Shown: piece by piece, positions 9,041 through 19,066 of the stretch
Position numbering within the stretch: the stretch's first letter is position 1
How the letters are laid out: the number at the start of each line of letters is the position of its first letter
Source: Candidatus Aminicenantes bacterium
Lineage (GTDB): Bacteria; Acidobacteriota; Aminicenantia; Aminicenantales; UBA4085
NCBI GenBank assembly: GCA_963715635.1
Contig: OY970261.1
Coordinates: 1,920,711 to 1,984,710, forward strand
DNA length: 64,000 nucleotides
Reading direction: 5' to 3'
The notes under the pieces: model-generated
What the model was told of the DNA's origin: nothing
The model's input: the letters and a program-made list of their open reading frames with translations, nothing else
Database searches by the model: none
Program-made: the position numbers and the translations under genes

Positions 9041-10432
9041 ATGAGAAAGACATCCGGAATTTTGGCTAGAGTCATCGCTTTTTCCGTGATCATTCTGTTC
9101 GCGGCTGTGACGCTTTCTGCGGCGCTTCTTTTCGATAAATCTGAATATGCCGCCCGGCGGCAGAAGTTCATGGAAAAGATCCCGGACGGCAGCGCCATTA
9201 TCTTCGGCGCCCAGCCCATCGCCAGTTACTATCCCTATTTCCAGAACAATGATTTCCTTTATCTTACGGGGGTCGAGATTCCGAACGCCGTGCTGGTTGT
9301 CGACGGGATCCGCAAGACAAGCCTGCTCTTCTTTACCACGACGGAGGCCGAGGCTCGCAACCTGGGCATCAGTGCCGACCTGGTGAAAAATCCCAAAGAA
9401 ATCACAGGGATCGAGCAGGTCCTTCCCTATGAAAATTTTACGCTGATGCTGATGATGTTGGCGTCCAGAGCGAAGGTTCTTTACACCCCGTTCTATCCCG
9501 AGGAGCTGGCGCGGGAAGCCAGCACGGAAAAATTCCGCACGCTCCAGAGAAACCAGATGCTTAATTTCTGGGATCAGCGTCTGACCCGAGAGCAGCAGTT
9601 CATCAAGCTGCTCAGGGAAAAATTCCCGATGGCTGAAATCCGCGACTGCTCCAATTTCATCTGGGAGCTGCGGGCGATCAAGTCCCCCGCCGAGATCGAT
9701 TTGATGCGCAAAACCGGCCGGATCGGCGTCAAGGCCCACACCGAAATGATGAAAGCCACTCGGCCGGGCATGTATGAATACGAGCTGGCGGCGGTCTTTG
9801 ACTATATCAACGAGAAAGAGGGGGCCCAGGAACTCGCCTATGGCGTCATCATCTCCTCAGGAGAGAACCATCCATATGTTCATTATTACAGGCATGATCG
9901 TTTGCTCAAGGACGGCGATTTCATCGTTTGCGACGCCGCCCCGGACCTGAATTACTATGACATCGACATCACGATCTCCTACCCGGCCAACGGCAAGTTC
10001 ACGCCGCGGCAGAAGGAAGTTTATGAAGCCGCCCTGGCGGTCCACGAAGCCAACATGAAGGTTTATCGACCGGGACTGACGGCCGAGCAATGCCGCAAGG
10101 AAGTGGACGAGATCCTCACCAAACAAGGATTCGACCTCAAAAAGGATTATTTCAACCGGATGAGGGGCGGGTTCGGCCATTATGTCGGCATGGCCACCCA
10201 TGATGTCACGGGCGGCCCTCAGGTGCTCAAGCCGGGCATGGTCTTCGCCAACGAGCCGATGGTCATCTACGCCGCAGAAAACCTGGGTGTGCGGGTCGAG
10301 GATACAGTCCTCATCACCGAGACAGGCTGCGAAAACCTGACGGCCGGCATCCCGCGCACAGTCAAGGATATCGAAGAGCTGATGAAGAAGCCCGGCATTT
10401 CCCAGGTGCTGAAGAAGGCCGGACTCTACTGA
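9041..10432 (+). CDS. Xaa-Pro aminopeptidase (peptidase M24B) with N-terminal signal/anchor
   Basis: The pita-bread metal ligand pattern is present: DFIVCDAAPDLNYYDIDITISYP, GHYVGMATHD, ANEPMV, VRVEDTVLIT. The N-terminus is hydrophobic. An AAGGAGG RBS is present. Confidence 0.85.
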   Translation: MRKTSGILARVIAFSVIILFAAVTLSAALLFDKSEYAARRQKFMEKIPDGSAIIFGAQPIASYYPYFQNNDFLYLTGVEIPNAVLVVDGIRKTSLLFFTTTEAEARNLGISADLVKNPKEITGIEQVLPYENFTLMLMMLASRAKVLYTPFYPEELAREASTEKFRTLQRNQMLNFWDQRLTREQQFIKLLREKFPMAEIRDCSNFIWELRAIKSPAEIDLMRKTGRIGVKAHTEMMKATRPGMYEYELAAVFDYINEKEGAQELAYGVIISSGENHPYVHYYRHDRLLKDGDFIVCDAAPDLNYYDIDITISYPANGKFTPRQKEVYEAALAVHEANMKVYRPGLTAEQCRKEVDEILTKQGFDLKKDYFNRMRGGFGHYVGMATHDVTGGPQVLKPGMVFANEPMVIYAAENLGVRVEDTVLITETGCENLTAGIPRTVKDIEELMKKPGISQVLKKAGLY

Positions 10433-10462
10433 TCATACGGCGGAATTTTTTCCTGCTTCGGG

Positions 10463-11239
10463 CTATGCCTTGGCCTTGACGTATCCCTTGGGGATTTCAT
10501 AGGCTCCGGCAGAAGCCGCTTTGCCCGTGATCTCCAGGAGCTCTTCCGTGCTCTTGACGTCCGCGCCCATGGCGCTGCCGCTCGACTCGCTGTAGACCAT
10601 GACGCCCTTGATTTTCTCCATCTCTTTGAGAGATTCCTGCATCCCGGGCATGCCGGCCAGCATGGCATTGCTGATCTTGCGGTAAAGGTTGAAATCGACC
10701 CGGATGTCTTCCGTGGCCCAGATCTCCGATGTTATTTTTACCATGGGCATGTTGGCCTTGAGGATGTATTTTCGGCAGCTCCAATCCTTGATCATCTTCG
10801 TCTCGTTTGTCTCGGTGACTTTTGTCTCGAATTTGATCAGAGACTTTAGTCCTTTGAGGAAGCCCAAGGCTTTTTGGGCGCCTTCCTTATCCTGGTCCGT
10901 CTTGGCCTGCTTGTTCGCGGATTCCTCCATCGTCTTCTCCCATTCGCCAATCTGCATCTCGGTGTAGGTCATCTTGGTATGGTCGAGGGAGATGATGACG
11001 TTTTTGTCGAGCAGGATGATCGTGGATTTATCCTGGTCGTGGTCCAACCTGGCCCTGTCCTTGCCCAGCCAGGTGATAACGATCTCGTCCTTGGCCGGCT
11101 GCGTTTTACCCATGACTTTCGTCTCGTCCGTGTGCCTCTTCTGCTTCATGTAGATTTCGGCGTTGGCGGATTGCGGAAAAGCGGCCATTAAACAGAATGC
11201 GGAAAAAACCAGGACAGTCAGACATGCGATCTTTCTCAT
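10463..11239 (-). CDS. Hypothetical secreted protein (signal peptide; possibly a LolA-like/DUF4412-like beta fold)
   Basis: Signal peptide MRKIACLTVLVFSAFCLMAAFPQSANA. A GGAGGAG RBS precedes the ATG at 11239 (the ORF track starts at GTG 11245). No catalytic motif recognised. Confidence 0.6.
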   Translation of the reverse strand: MRKIACLTVLVFSAFCLMAAFPQSANAEIYMKQKRHTDETKVMGKTQPAKDEIVITWLGKDRARLDHDQDKSTIILLDKNVIISLDHTKMTYTEMQIGEWEKTMEESANKQAKTDQDKEGAQKALGFLKGLKSLIKFETKVTETNETKMIKDWSCRKYILKANMPMVKITSEIWATEDIRVDFNLYRKISNAMLAGMPGMQESLKEMEKIKGVMVYSESSGSAMGADVKSTEELLEITGKAASAGAYEIPKGYVKAKA

Positions 11240-11318
11240 ATGCACTCCTCCTTTCCGATTCGGGAAGCCTCTATTTTATATGAATTTCCTTCCCACGGGA
11301 ATACTTGATCCGAACTGC

Positions 11319-13061
11319 CTATGGCTTTTTATCGGCCAAGACCCATGTCTTGGTTCTTGGGTTCCAGATAAAACTTTTGTGCGCCCCGAGGCTGGCGATA
11401 TTTGTATTCCAGAGGGGGTAGTTGGACGTGTCCTGAGGCTGGGGGTTCGAGGGCTCACTCGAGTCGAGTTTATCCCAATAGCCGCCCTTGTCTTCCATCG
11501 CCCCGCCCCAGTTCCAGGGCACCACCTGGATCGGCACCCACTCGCTGTCCTCTTCCTTATCCGCCTTCGGCTTGAACATCAGGAAGGTTTGAAATTTCAT
11601 ATCTCCGGAAACAGAAAGAACATCGCGGTTTTTTGAAATCGCCAGGGTATCTTCGAAATTCTTCCCTTCTATCGCCGGATAGCACGTGTCCAGACCCTCG
11701 CCCTCGAGTCTGACGAGCTCAGACGGGGCGGAGGTGGACGGGTCCGGACGAGTCTTGTAGACCAGGACCTCTTTGATCAACTGGACATACTGAAATCTCC
11801 CCTGGTCGGCGCCTTGAGTTTCAGCGTTCATGGTAATGCCGTAATATTTGAGGCCATAATTGTCGCCGATGCGTGTCTTATCCTGATTGGTGACGCAGTT
11901 GTCCCCAAGCGTTCCCGGCGACCAGGCTGTCATCCTCGAACTTTTCTTGGCGTTCACGGTCAGCGTGCAATCCGGCTTTTTGATATTGAAGAAGCTCCGG
12001 GCAAAAACCTTATCCCCTTCAACCTTGGCCGAGCATTTCACTTCGAGCCGATCTCCTTTGTCCGCCCAGAAAAATTCCAGGTCGCGATTCTTCAGTTCGC
12101 TGCCCAGGGGAATGACCTTGCCCTTGTCCTTGTCAGCTTCGAATTTCTTGATCGTCTTTCCCGAAAGCGTCCACTCCGGATTCTCGATCTTGAGGTGGGT
12201 AGGATTGGGCTGGGCCCTCAGCCGGATCTTCTTCCCGGCAAGCTGGTCGTCGGGTTTCTTGGGGTCCGTAATATCCCTGAACTTATCCTTCTCCTTGGAT
12301 TTTTCATCATACCAGCGGATCTCCAACATCGGAACACGGATTTCCCAGGAGATCGTCCCGCCCGTTTCACCGCCGATCGCCGCTTTAAGCGCATCGAAAA
12401 ATGGCCTGATCTCATCGGAAATCAGGTTTCGGCTTCCTTTGAGCACATCTGTTTCCTGCGGATTGATCTTCCCTTCGATCGCGATCTCCTCGTTGACGTC
12501 TTCGTTCTCGTCGTATTTCTCTTCTTTCTCGTCATGGATCACGCCGCCGATATCCAGCAAAAATTTGCTCTTGCCTTGGATCGGGACATCCTTAAGCGTC
12601 ACTTTTCCCGAGACTTTATAGGTGTTTTTCAGCAAATCTAGGTAGAGCGTGAACTTCCCGTCCGAAGGGCCCAGATTTTTATTGAGGCCGCCCTCATATT
12701 TCGGGCTCCCCATTTCGGCGACTCCTTTATCGCCTTTGATCCCCGCTGTTCCTAAAAGATTATATTTGTAGTCCGCCGAAGCCCGGTCTAGCTCATAGAC
12801 GCGGACGCGCTCGTTAGAGCGGTTGATCTTGAAAACGACATCGACCTTCAGCGTTTCATAGCCTCTGACGTCGGTCATGTTGCCCCAGTTGACGGCGCCT
12901 TGACTGGCAAACGTGTGCTGCCTTTGGATTGTGATCGTGCCCGCCCGGATGCGGTCTTGGCCGGAGGCAAGGCCCGAGAAAAGCATGGCCAGCAGCCCCG
13001 CAGATGAAATAAGAACAACGAGACACTTCCCCCAAGAAATCCGATGTTCCGGGTTCGTCAT
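11319..13061 (-). CDS. Hypothetical secreted/anchored protein, 580 aa, no recognisable domain
   Basis: Long ORF with an N-terminal hydrophobic segment CLVVLISSAGLLAMLFSGLASG, a GGAGAT RBS and its own TTGACA-N17-TAAATT promoter upstream. Confidence 0.6.
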   Translation of the reverse strand: MTNPEHRISWGKCLVVLISSAGLLAMLFSGLASGQDRIRAGTITIQRQHTFASQGAVNWGNMTDVRGYETLKVDVVFKINRSNERVRVYELDRASADYKYNLLGTAGIKGDKGVAEMGSPKYEGGLNKNLGPSDGKFTLYLDLLKNTYKVSGKVTLKDVPIQGKSKFLLDIGGVIHDEKEEKYDENEDVNEEIAIEGKINPQETDVLKGSRNLISDEIRPFFDALKAAIGGETGGTISWEIRVPMLEIRWYDEKSKEKDKFRDITDPKKPDDQLAGKKIRLRAQPNPTHLKIENPEWTLSGKTIKKFEADKDKGKVIPLGSELKNRDLEFFWADKGDRLEVKCSAKVEGDKVFARSFFNIKKPDCTLTVNAKKSSRMTAWSPGTLGDNCVTNQDKTRIGDNYGLKYYGITMNAETQGADQGRFQYVQLIKEVLVYKTRPDPSTSAPSELVRLEGEGLDTCYPAIEGKNFEDTLAISKNRDVLSVSGDMKFQTFLMFKPKADKEEDSEWVPIQVVPWNWGGAMEDKGGYWDKLDSSEPSNPQPQDTSNYPLWNTNIASLGAHKSFIWNPRTKTWVLADKKP

Positions 13062-13098
13062 CGATATCTCCGTTCAGAAAATTGTCCGCCTGTTTAAA

Positions 13099-13127
13099 AA
13101 TTTATCACTGGATATTGCGCTTGTCAA
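13099..13127 (-). promoter_or_regulatory. sigma70-type promoter for the 11319..13061 gene
   Basis: The minus strand reads TTGACA (13127-13122), a 17-nt spacer, then TAAATT (13104-13099), about 40 nt upstream of the start codon. Confidence 0.5.
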
Positions 13128-13333
13128 TCAGACGGATTATCCCAAATTTACCGATAGAAGCACCTCAACGACCAAAACCTCATAAGGAGCATCCTCCCAT
13201 GAATTCATCGCCAAATGCTCCATGGAAAGGAGGCAGAGAGCGAAGCGATCGTTGAAGGGAAACCCGGAATAAGGGTTTCTCTCCAAGAGTATCCGACAGG
13301 ACCCGTCGGGTGATTCCATCGGCAAATTTGGAA

Positions 13334-14896
13334 TTATTGGATCTTCTTGGCGGTCAGCTCGAAATCCTGCTGCCACAAGACCAGGCCGTCAACCTTTCCC
13401 TGCTTATCCTTTCGGAACTGGATGCGGATAAAGGGGTCGATGGAGAAAAAGAGCGTCTCTCCTTCCACGTAGAATTTTGTCGGGGCCTGGCCCGTCGGCT
13501 GGATGATCAGATTATAATCGTCTTGGGTCACCCGGAGAATATAATTCGGGTTGACCTGATACTTGCCGATATATTGTTGATAGATGGACGGATCCAGCCG
13601 ATAAAGAGCCTTTTCCGCGGGCTTGAAGTGGGGCCATTCGTAGGCGGCTGATAGCGCACGGAGCATCTCCTCGATCAAGATCGCCCCGTTTTCGCTGTTC
13701 GTCATGATCACCGCGCCCTGTCCCCTGGCCGGATACAGGACCGCAAAGCAGGAAAATCCGTCCGTTTTGCCCCGGATGCTAAAATTGATTTCATCCCCCC
13801 TGCCGTCGCCGGAAAAGCCGAACGCATAATTTTCCACTTGGGGGGTGAGTAGGCTCCGGGCCGCGGCCGGAGAAAGAACTTTCGACGATCTCTCCATGCC
13901 CGCCCGCAGGAGTTCAATGACAAAGACCGCAAAATCGGAGGGCGTTGTCCAGAGTCCTTTGGCAGCCGCCATCGGGTAATTATGCCAGCCGCCTTCAACG
14001 GGCTTGCCGTCCCGCAGATGGCCGAGGGCCGCCCTCTCGGGCGCTGCCGAGGGCTGCAGGACGTTGTAGGTGCTGTTTTTCATGCCGAGGGGGCCGAAAA
14101 AGAATTCTTGCGCAATGTCTGAAAATGGCTTGTTTTCAACATCCGAGAGCAGCTGTTCGAGGACGACATAGTTTGACTCGGAGTAGCGCGCCCGCGAACC
14201 CGCTGGAGATTCGCCCCAAACGAGGACATTCTTGGCCGGTTTTTCTCCGCTGAGGACCTGCTTAAGGCCGGGCAGCGCCTCTTTCTGTGAATAGCCATCA
14301 AAAACCTGGGCAGCCAGGCCGGCGCTGTGTGTCAGAAGCTGGCGCAGAGTGATGAAATTTTTGGCCGGATGCGATGGGATTGGGAGCTTCCAGGAGCGAA
14401 GCCATTGATTGATATCGCCCTCAAGGTCGAGCCTCCCTTTTTCTACGAGAAGGAGAGTGACCGCTGCCGCCACGGCCTGGCTGAAGGCGCCACTCTGGAA
14501 AAGCGTGTCCGGCGTAACGAGTTGGTGGGTTTGAACATCAGCCACTCCATACGCCCTGGCCCATTCAATCGCATAGTTATAAATCACAGCCAGACTGACG
14601 CCGGGGACTTGATAAAACTGCATACGGTCTTCCAGGCGCAGTTTCTCAGGCTTAAGACCCTTGATATAAACGGCCCGGAGCAGGCCATTCTCCGTGGATT
14701 TTATCCTTGCCCGGGTCAGGGATTTTTGTGTTTCGCAGCCGGCGCAGAGGAGGAAAACAAGGACGATAATTCCCGCGATTTTTCCAAAGGCGGAGGTCCT
14801 ATTGACATCGCCCAGCGAAAGCAGGAAATCCAAGGCCCGAATGCTGTCCCACACGTGCCTGATTTTTTTCGTTTTCATGTCCCTTCCTCTGCTCAA
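13334..14896 (-). CDS. Beta-lactamase/transpeptidase-fold (serine hydrolase family) protein with substituted catalytic motifs; probable lipoprotein or anchored protein
   Basis: Family-typical context TPDTLFQSGAFSQAVAAAVTLLLVEKGRLDL, YSESNYVVLEQLL and GKTDGFSCFAVLYP. The N-terminus IIVLVFLLCAGC is hydrophobic. The start may be the internal ATG at 14878. Confidence 0.75.
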   Translation of the reverse strand: MSRGRDMKTKKIRHVWDSIRALDFLLSLGDVNRTSAFGKIAGIIVLVFLLCAGCETQKSLTRARIKSTENGLLRAVYIKGLKPEKLRLEDRMQFYQVPGVSLAVIYNYAIEWARAYGVADVQTHQLVTPDTLFQSGAFSQAVAAAVTLLLVEKGRLDLEGDINQWLRSWKLPIPSHPAKNFITLRQLLTHSAGLAAQVFDGYSQKEALPGLKQVLSGEKPAKNVLVWGESPAGSRARYSESNYVVLEQLLSDVENKPFSDIAQEFFFGPLGMKNSTYNVLQPSAAPERAALGHLRDGKPVEGGWHNYPMAAAKGLWTTPSDFAVFVIELLRAGMERSSKVLSPAAARSLLTPQVENYAFGFSGDGRGDEINFSIRGKTDGFSCFAVLYPARGQGAVIMTNSENGAILIEEMLRALSAAYEWPHFKPAEKALYRLDPSIYQQYIGKYQVNPNYILRVTQDDYNLIIQPTGQAPTKFYVEGETLFFSIDPFIRIQFRKDKQGKVDGLVLWQQDFELTAKKIQ

Positions 14897-14938
14897 GATG
14901 ATAGGGCCGAAAATCGTTCAAGTCCTTCTCCGAACATG

Positions 14939-16780
14939 TTATTTCAGGCGGAGATTATCGATCGTCAGGGAAAACTTAGCCGGGTCGTTGGATGCGCCGA
15001 TAAAAATTCCCATGATGTCGAAGCCCTGGACGCCGAACTCCTCGAAAGAGAATGTATATTCTTTCCATTCCGGCCCGACTGCAAACATCTTCATGGCCGG
15101 CACAAACCCCATGCTCTGGGAAAAGATCATAACGGCGAACGTCTTTCCCTCGCCTTTCGCCCAAAAACTGACCGCTTTTTTAAAAGAAAGGTTGGTGGGC
15201 GCCATGGTTGTCTTTCCCGGAGAAAACAGGGCGCCAGCCCATAAGATGGCCCCTCCCGGGATCGTCTCTCCGGTGATCTGCAGGGCTCCCCTGCTTCCTT
15301 CAGCCCCGCCCTTCACCAATTGGTACTGGGCTTTGGACTTGCCTCCGCCAAAGACGTCTGTCGAGATCATCCAGCCTGCACCGAAATTGGAAGTGATCTT
15401 CTCTCCCTCGAAGTCGCTAATCAAGCCCGATTCTAAATATTCTGGAGGCGGAGCTTTTTTCATCTGTTCGACCTGCGCTTGGACGCCGGCGACGTCGGCC
15501 CGATAAGCCTTCCTGTCCACTCGAATCCCTTCTTTCCAGATTGTGTCGATTTTGCGGGTGGCCGTGATATCGGCGGCGGGATCGCCATTGACAAGCAGAA
15601 GGTCGGCCACAAAGCCTTGGCGGATACGCCCCCGGCTATGGATCCGGAATTTATCTGCCGGAATGGACGTTGCTGCCCTGAGCGCTTCAATGGGAGCCAG
15701 GCCGGCGTTGACCAGGAGCGCAAGCTCCCGATGCAAGCTCGCGCCGAAAATCATGCCCGGGTTGGGCGCGTCTGTCCCCGCCAAAATGGGGACATGGGCT
15801 GCTTCAAGCTGACGGAGCGCTTTTTCCGCGGCGGCGTAGTTGGCTTCGCCTGTTTTAAAAGAAAAACTGCCATTGAGATTTTGAACATCGCCGGGCTTTA
15901 GATAGGGAGAAAGGTCGGCATCCTGAGCCAGGGCGCCGGCATCATAGATTCCGGCCATCGTCCTGAGAGCGCTGAACGTCGGAATCACGAAGGCCTTCCA
16001 GCGCGCCGCCAGCTCTCCGAAAACCGGGTCATGGGCATTATCGAAAAAGAGGTGGGCCAGCCCATCCACTCCCTCATTTATAGCGTCCTCGCAGTTCTTG
16101 AGCGTGGCGGCATGGATGACGGCTATTTTGCCTTTTTTATGAGCGGCCTCGATGAGTGCGGCGACGATATCGTTGTTGAGCGTCGGCCGGGAAAGGCCGT
16201 AAACGGACCAATCGTCCTGGATAATTTTGATGAAATCCGAGCCATCCGCGACTCGCGCATCCACAAATTCCTTGGCCTGAGCGGGATTGGTCAGGGTCGT
16301 TATGCGTATCCCAAACTGGGTGCCATGGCCGCCGGGCGCCGTGGCCAGAGTTCCGGGAGAAACGAGATACGCCATGTCCCTCGCTTTTCCTTCGGCCTGC
16401 ATTTTCTTGATGTCTTTCATGGTTTTGACGTCCATGAACATGTTGACGACCGTGGTGATGCCGAAGACAAGGGCTTGTTTCAGGTTATCCGGAGTCCAGA
16501 CATGAACATGGGCATCCGTAAGACCGGGCAGAAGCGTCTGTCCGGTGCCATCGATAACCTCGGCGCCGGAAGGGCTGGCGACGTCCGTTCCGCAGGCGGC
16601 GATCTTGCCAGCACTGATCACGACTGTCCCGGCGGGTATGAACTTCTCCCCATCAAAAATGCGGACGTTTTTTATGGCCGTGACATTCGAATTCTTCTGG
16701 GCGCTTAAAGCAAAAATAAAAAAGAGAAGCAAAATCAGAACAGAAAAGGACAGTGAGCGAATGCTTTTGTGCGAAATCAT
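14939..16780 (-). CDS. Secreted metal-dependent amidohydrolase fused to a C-terminal CIA30-like beta-sandwich domain
   Basis: Has a signal peptide. LLPGLTDAHVHVW is the amidohydrolase HxH motif. AGTDAPNPG and the C-terminal SDFEGE...GALQITGE...FSLTIDNLRLK resemble CIA30/carbohydrate-binding-like domains. Confidence 0.8.
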   Translation of the reverse strand: MISHKSIRSLSFSVLILLLFFIFALSAQKNSNVTAIKNVRIFDGEKFIPAGTVVISAGKIAACGTDVASPSGAEVIDGTGQTLLPGLTDAHVHVWTPDNLKQALVFGITTVVNMFMDVKTMKDIKKMQAEGKARDMAYLVSPGTLATAPGGHGTQFGIRITTLTNPAQAKEFVDARVADGSDFIKIIQDDWSVYGLSRPTLNNDIVAALIEAAHKKGKIAVIHAATLKNCEDAINEGVDGLAHLFFDNAHDPVFGELAARWKAFVIPTFSALRTMAGIYDAGALAQDADLSPYLKPGDVQNLNGSFSFKTGEANYAAAEKALRQLEAAHVPILAGTDAPNPGMIFGASLHRELALLVNAGLAPIEALRAATSIPADKFRIHSRGRIRQGFVADLLLVNGDPAADITATRKIDTIWKEGIRVDRKAYRADVAGVQAQVEQMKKAPPPEYLESGLISDFEGEKITSNFGAGWMISTDVFGGGKSKAQYQLVKGGAEGSRGALQITGETIPGGAILWAGALFSPGKTTMAPTNLSFKKAVSFWAKGEGKTFAVMIFSQSMGFVPAMKMFAVGPEWKEYTFSFEEFGVQGFDIMGIFIGASNDPAKFSLTIDNLRLK

Positions 16781-16800
16781 GGCATCGGTCTCCTTCCCCC

Positions 16801-16983
16801 CTAATTTTTCTTTATCCAGGCGGCGATGTCGATGACGACGTACTCCGCCACGCTGCCGTGAACAAGTGTATATTCATTGGGCGTCGGCAACCCCTGCCCT
16901 TCGGAAAAGAGATGGTTGAGCTTGGGGTAGAGCTTGAATTCCACATTATCTTTAGAGGCTGAGGGCTTTCTTCCAATTCTCAA
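16801..16983 (-). CDS. Detached C-terminal fragment of the upstream alpha/beta hydrolase; carries the catalytic-His region
   Basis: Translation DNVEFKLYPKLNHLFSEG is a typical alpha/beta-hydrolase C-terminal His motif. It overlaps the 3' end of 16952..18157 in another frame. Confidence 0.6.
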   Translation of the reverse strand: MRIGRKPSASKDNVEFKLYPKLNHLFSEGQGLPTPNEYTLVHGSVAEYVVIDIAAWIKKN

Positions 16984-18157
16984 AATCCTCGGTCGTCACA
17001 TTGTAATCCCGGCTCCCTTGCAGGACGAGGATCGGCCGGACGATTTTCCGGGCGATTTCGGGCGGATGGTATCCGCGAAGGTCGAGCCAGTATTTGGCGG
17101 GGGCATTGAGAACCCTCGCTTCCGAAGCGGCATCCGCCTCCTTGAGCGCTTTGATTCTGTCGACTTGCGCCTTCGTCTCATCGATCTGCTTTTTGTCCTC
17201 TTCGGAGAGGGCGCCGTCGAGGCTTAAGATGTAGCTGATTTGCTTCAGATAGGCATCCTCCAGGGGCCGGGTCAAGCCGGCCATGATGATGAACCCGGCG
17301 ATGTCCAGGTCCTTTCCGGCCTCGGCGATCCGAGGGATGAGCATGCCTCCCAGGCTGTGGCCGAGGACAAAGATCCGCTTTTTGTCGATCCTGTCGGTTT
17401 TCTGGAGAAGGCGGACGGCGTCCAGGGCATCGTCGATCGTCTCTTCCTTAACCGTGAACGAAGCGCCGACGGCTTTATCCGCTACGATCCTGGTCCCATA
17501 AACCCGGGTCCGTTTTTCATAGCGGAGGACAGCGATATTCTGCGAAGCCAGCCCCCAGGCCATATCTTGAAAAGGCTTGTTGGGACCGAGTGTCTCATTC
17601 CGGTCGTTGGGACCCGAGCCGTGGACGAGGACCAGCGCCGGAAACGGGCCGTCCCCTTTTGGAACGGTGAGCGTTCCCGGGAGCTGCCACTCGCCGCTGC
17701 CGACGATGACGTCCTGTTCCTCGAAGAAATCCGAGTTGGCATATTTCGGAGGTTCGTATTTGGCCGGCGGAAGGGAAGGCACAAAATTAAAACCGGCGAT
17801 TTTTTTATTCTTGTCAAAAACGACCCGGGCATCCAGAGTGACTTTTTCGAATTCGCAGGTCACGACCGCGATAGAATAAGGCGCCAGCTCTTCGCGCCGT
17901 GCGGCCGTCTGCTTTTTGAAAGCGCCAAGCCTGTCCGGGACCTGCTTCCAGAACTCCGCCAATTTATCGGGGCCCGAGAGCTTCATCATCGTCTCGTCGA
18001 AATCCCGGACCGCGGCCTGAAAATCATTCTTGCTCAGGGACTCCAACAACTGCCTGGCTTTCACGATGAGTTCGTCTTCAGAGGGAGGGTTTTGCCCCGC
18101 CGCCGCGGGAAAGCGCAAAAGAAATATTAGCAATAAAAGCGTTGCCGTCTTTCTCAT
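16952..18157 (-). CDS. Secreted alpha/beta hydrolase with N-terminal DUF3887-like domain, truncated by a frame break before the catalytic His
   Basis: Signal peptide MRKTATLLLLIFLLRFPAAAG (AAGGAGAA RBS before the ATG at 18157). Nucleophile elbow GHSLGG. LVLQGSRDYNV carries the acid residue. Confidence 0.8.
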   Translation of the reverse strand: MRKTATLLLLIFLLRFPAAAGQNPPSEDELIVKARQLLESLSKNDFQAAVRDFDETMMKLSGPDKLAEFWKQVPDRLGAFKKQTAARREELAPYSIAVVTCEFEKVTLDARVVFDKNKKIAGFNFVPSLPPAKYEPPKYANSDFFEEQDVIVGSGEWQLPGTLTVPKGDGPFPALVLVHGSGPNDRNETLGPNKPFQDMAWGLASQNIAVLRYEKRTRVYGTRIVADKAVGASFTVKEETIDDALDAVRLLQKTDRIDKKRIFVLGHSLGGMLIPRIAEAGKDLDIAGFIIMAGLTRPLEDAYLKQISYILSLDGALSEEDKKQIDETKAQVDRIKALKEADAASEARVLNAPAKYWLDLRGYHPPEIARKIVRPILVLQGSRDYNVTTEDFENWKKALSL

Positions 18158-18382
18158 AAGGACATTCTCCTTGATAGGATTGCCCCTTATTGTAATTCCA
18201 AAGCTCATTGCGATTCAAATTTGAATAATCCCTTTATCCGGGAGATCGACAGCTATATATCCGCCTTTTACCGAGAGCACCGGGCAAAAATCCCACCGGA
18301 GGGTCATCATGCTGCTCTGGACAGGGATCGGGCTTTTGATCATGGCCAAACACCAGATCAAATCTTAACGGGAGCGAAAGTT

Positions 18383-19066
18383 CTAGGATTCTTTCAGGCG
18401 CAGAAAGTGAAAGAGCATGACCAGGTTGATTCCCGAGAACACGGCCAACAGCACATAAAAGCCGAGGTCCATTCTGTTGAAGACGCTCAGGACGAACATC
18501 AGGAAGATGAGCCAGGACCGATTCTCCGCCGCATTCCCTTTGCTCTGGTCTCTTCGATAACTTTTAATCAAATAATAAAGGCTAATCTGGAGGAAATAGA
18601 GGCCGACCGCGCCGAGGCCGAGGATGAGGAGGTCAAGCCTGCCGGCATAAAAAAAATAGCCAAAGGTGTATCCCATCATCAAAAAAAATTCGGTGACGCG
18701 GTCCAGGACCAGGTCCAGATACGCGCCGTATTCGCTCTTTTGATCCCTGGCCCGGGCCAGCATGCCGTCGGCGCAATCGACGATCACGGACGCCTGGGCC
18801 AGAATGCCTCCCAGGGCAAAAAAGAGGGGCCGACTCTTGAGAAAGCAGGCGGCGCCGGCCAGGCCGACGACAAAAGACGTCAACGTCAGTTGATTGGGCG
18901 TAACCCCGGTTTTAAAAACGGCCCGGACGATGAGCGAAGCCAGCGGCCTGTTGAGATATTTATTCAGCTTAAGGAATTGCAGGGAATAATCATCGTCCCT
19001 TTTGCGGGCCGATTTTTCGTAATCAAATTCAGCCGCAGAGCTTTGGGAAGATTTCTCGTCTGGCAT
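18383..19066 (-). CDS. CDP-alcohol phosphatidyltransferase-family membrane protein
   Basis: DCADGMLARARDQKSEYGAYLDLVLDRV matches DxxDGxxAR...GxxxDxxxD. Multiple TM helices. The start overlaps the upstream gene by 38 nt. Confidence 0.85.
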   Translation of the reverse strand: MPDEKSSQSSAAEFDYEKSARKRDDDYSLQFLKLNKYLNRPLASLIVRAVFKTGVTPNQLTLTSFVVGLAGAACFLKSRPLFFALGGILAQASVIVDCADGMLARARDQKSEYGAYLDLVLDRVTEFFLMMGYTFGYFFYAGRLDLLILGLGAVGLYFLQISLYYLIKSYRRDQSKGNAAENRSWLIFLMFVLSVFNRMDLGFYVLLAVFSGINLVMLFHFLRLKES

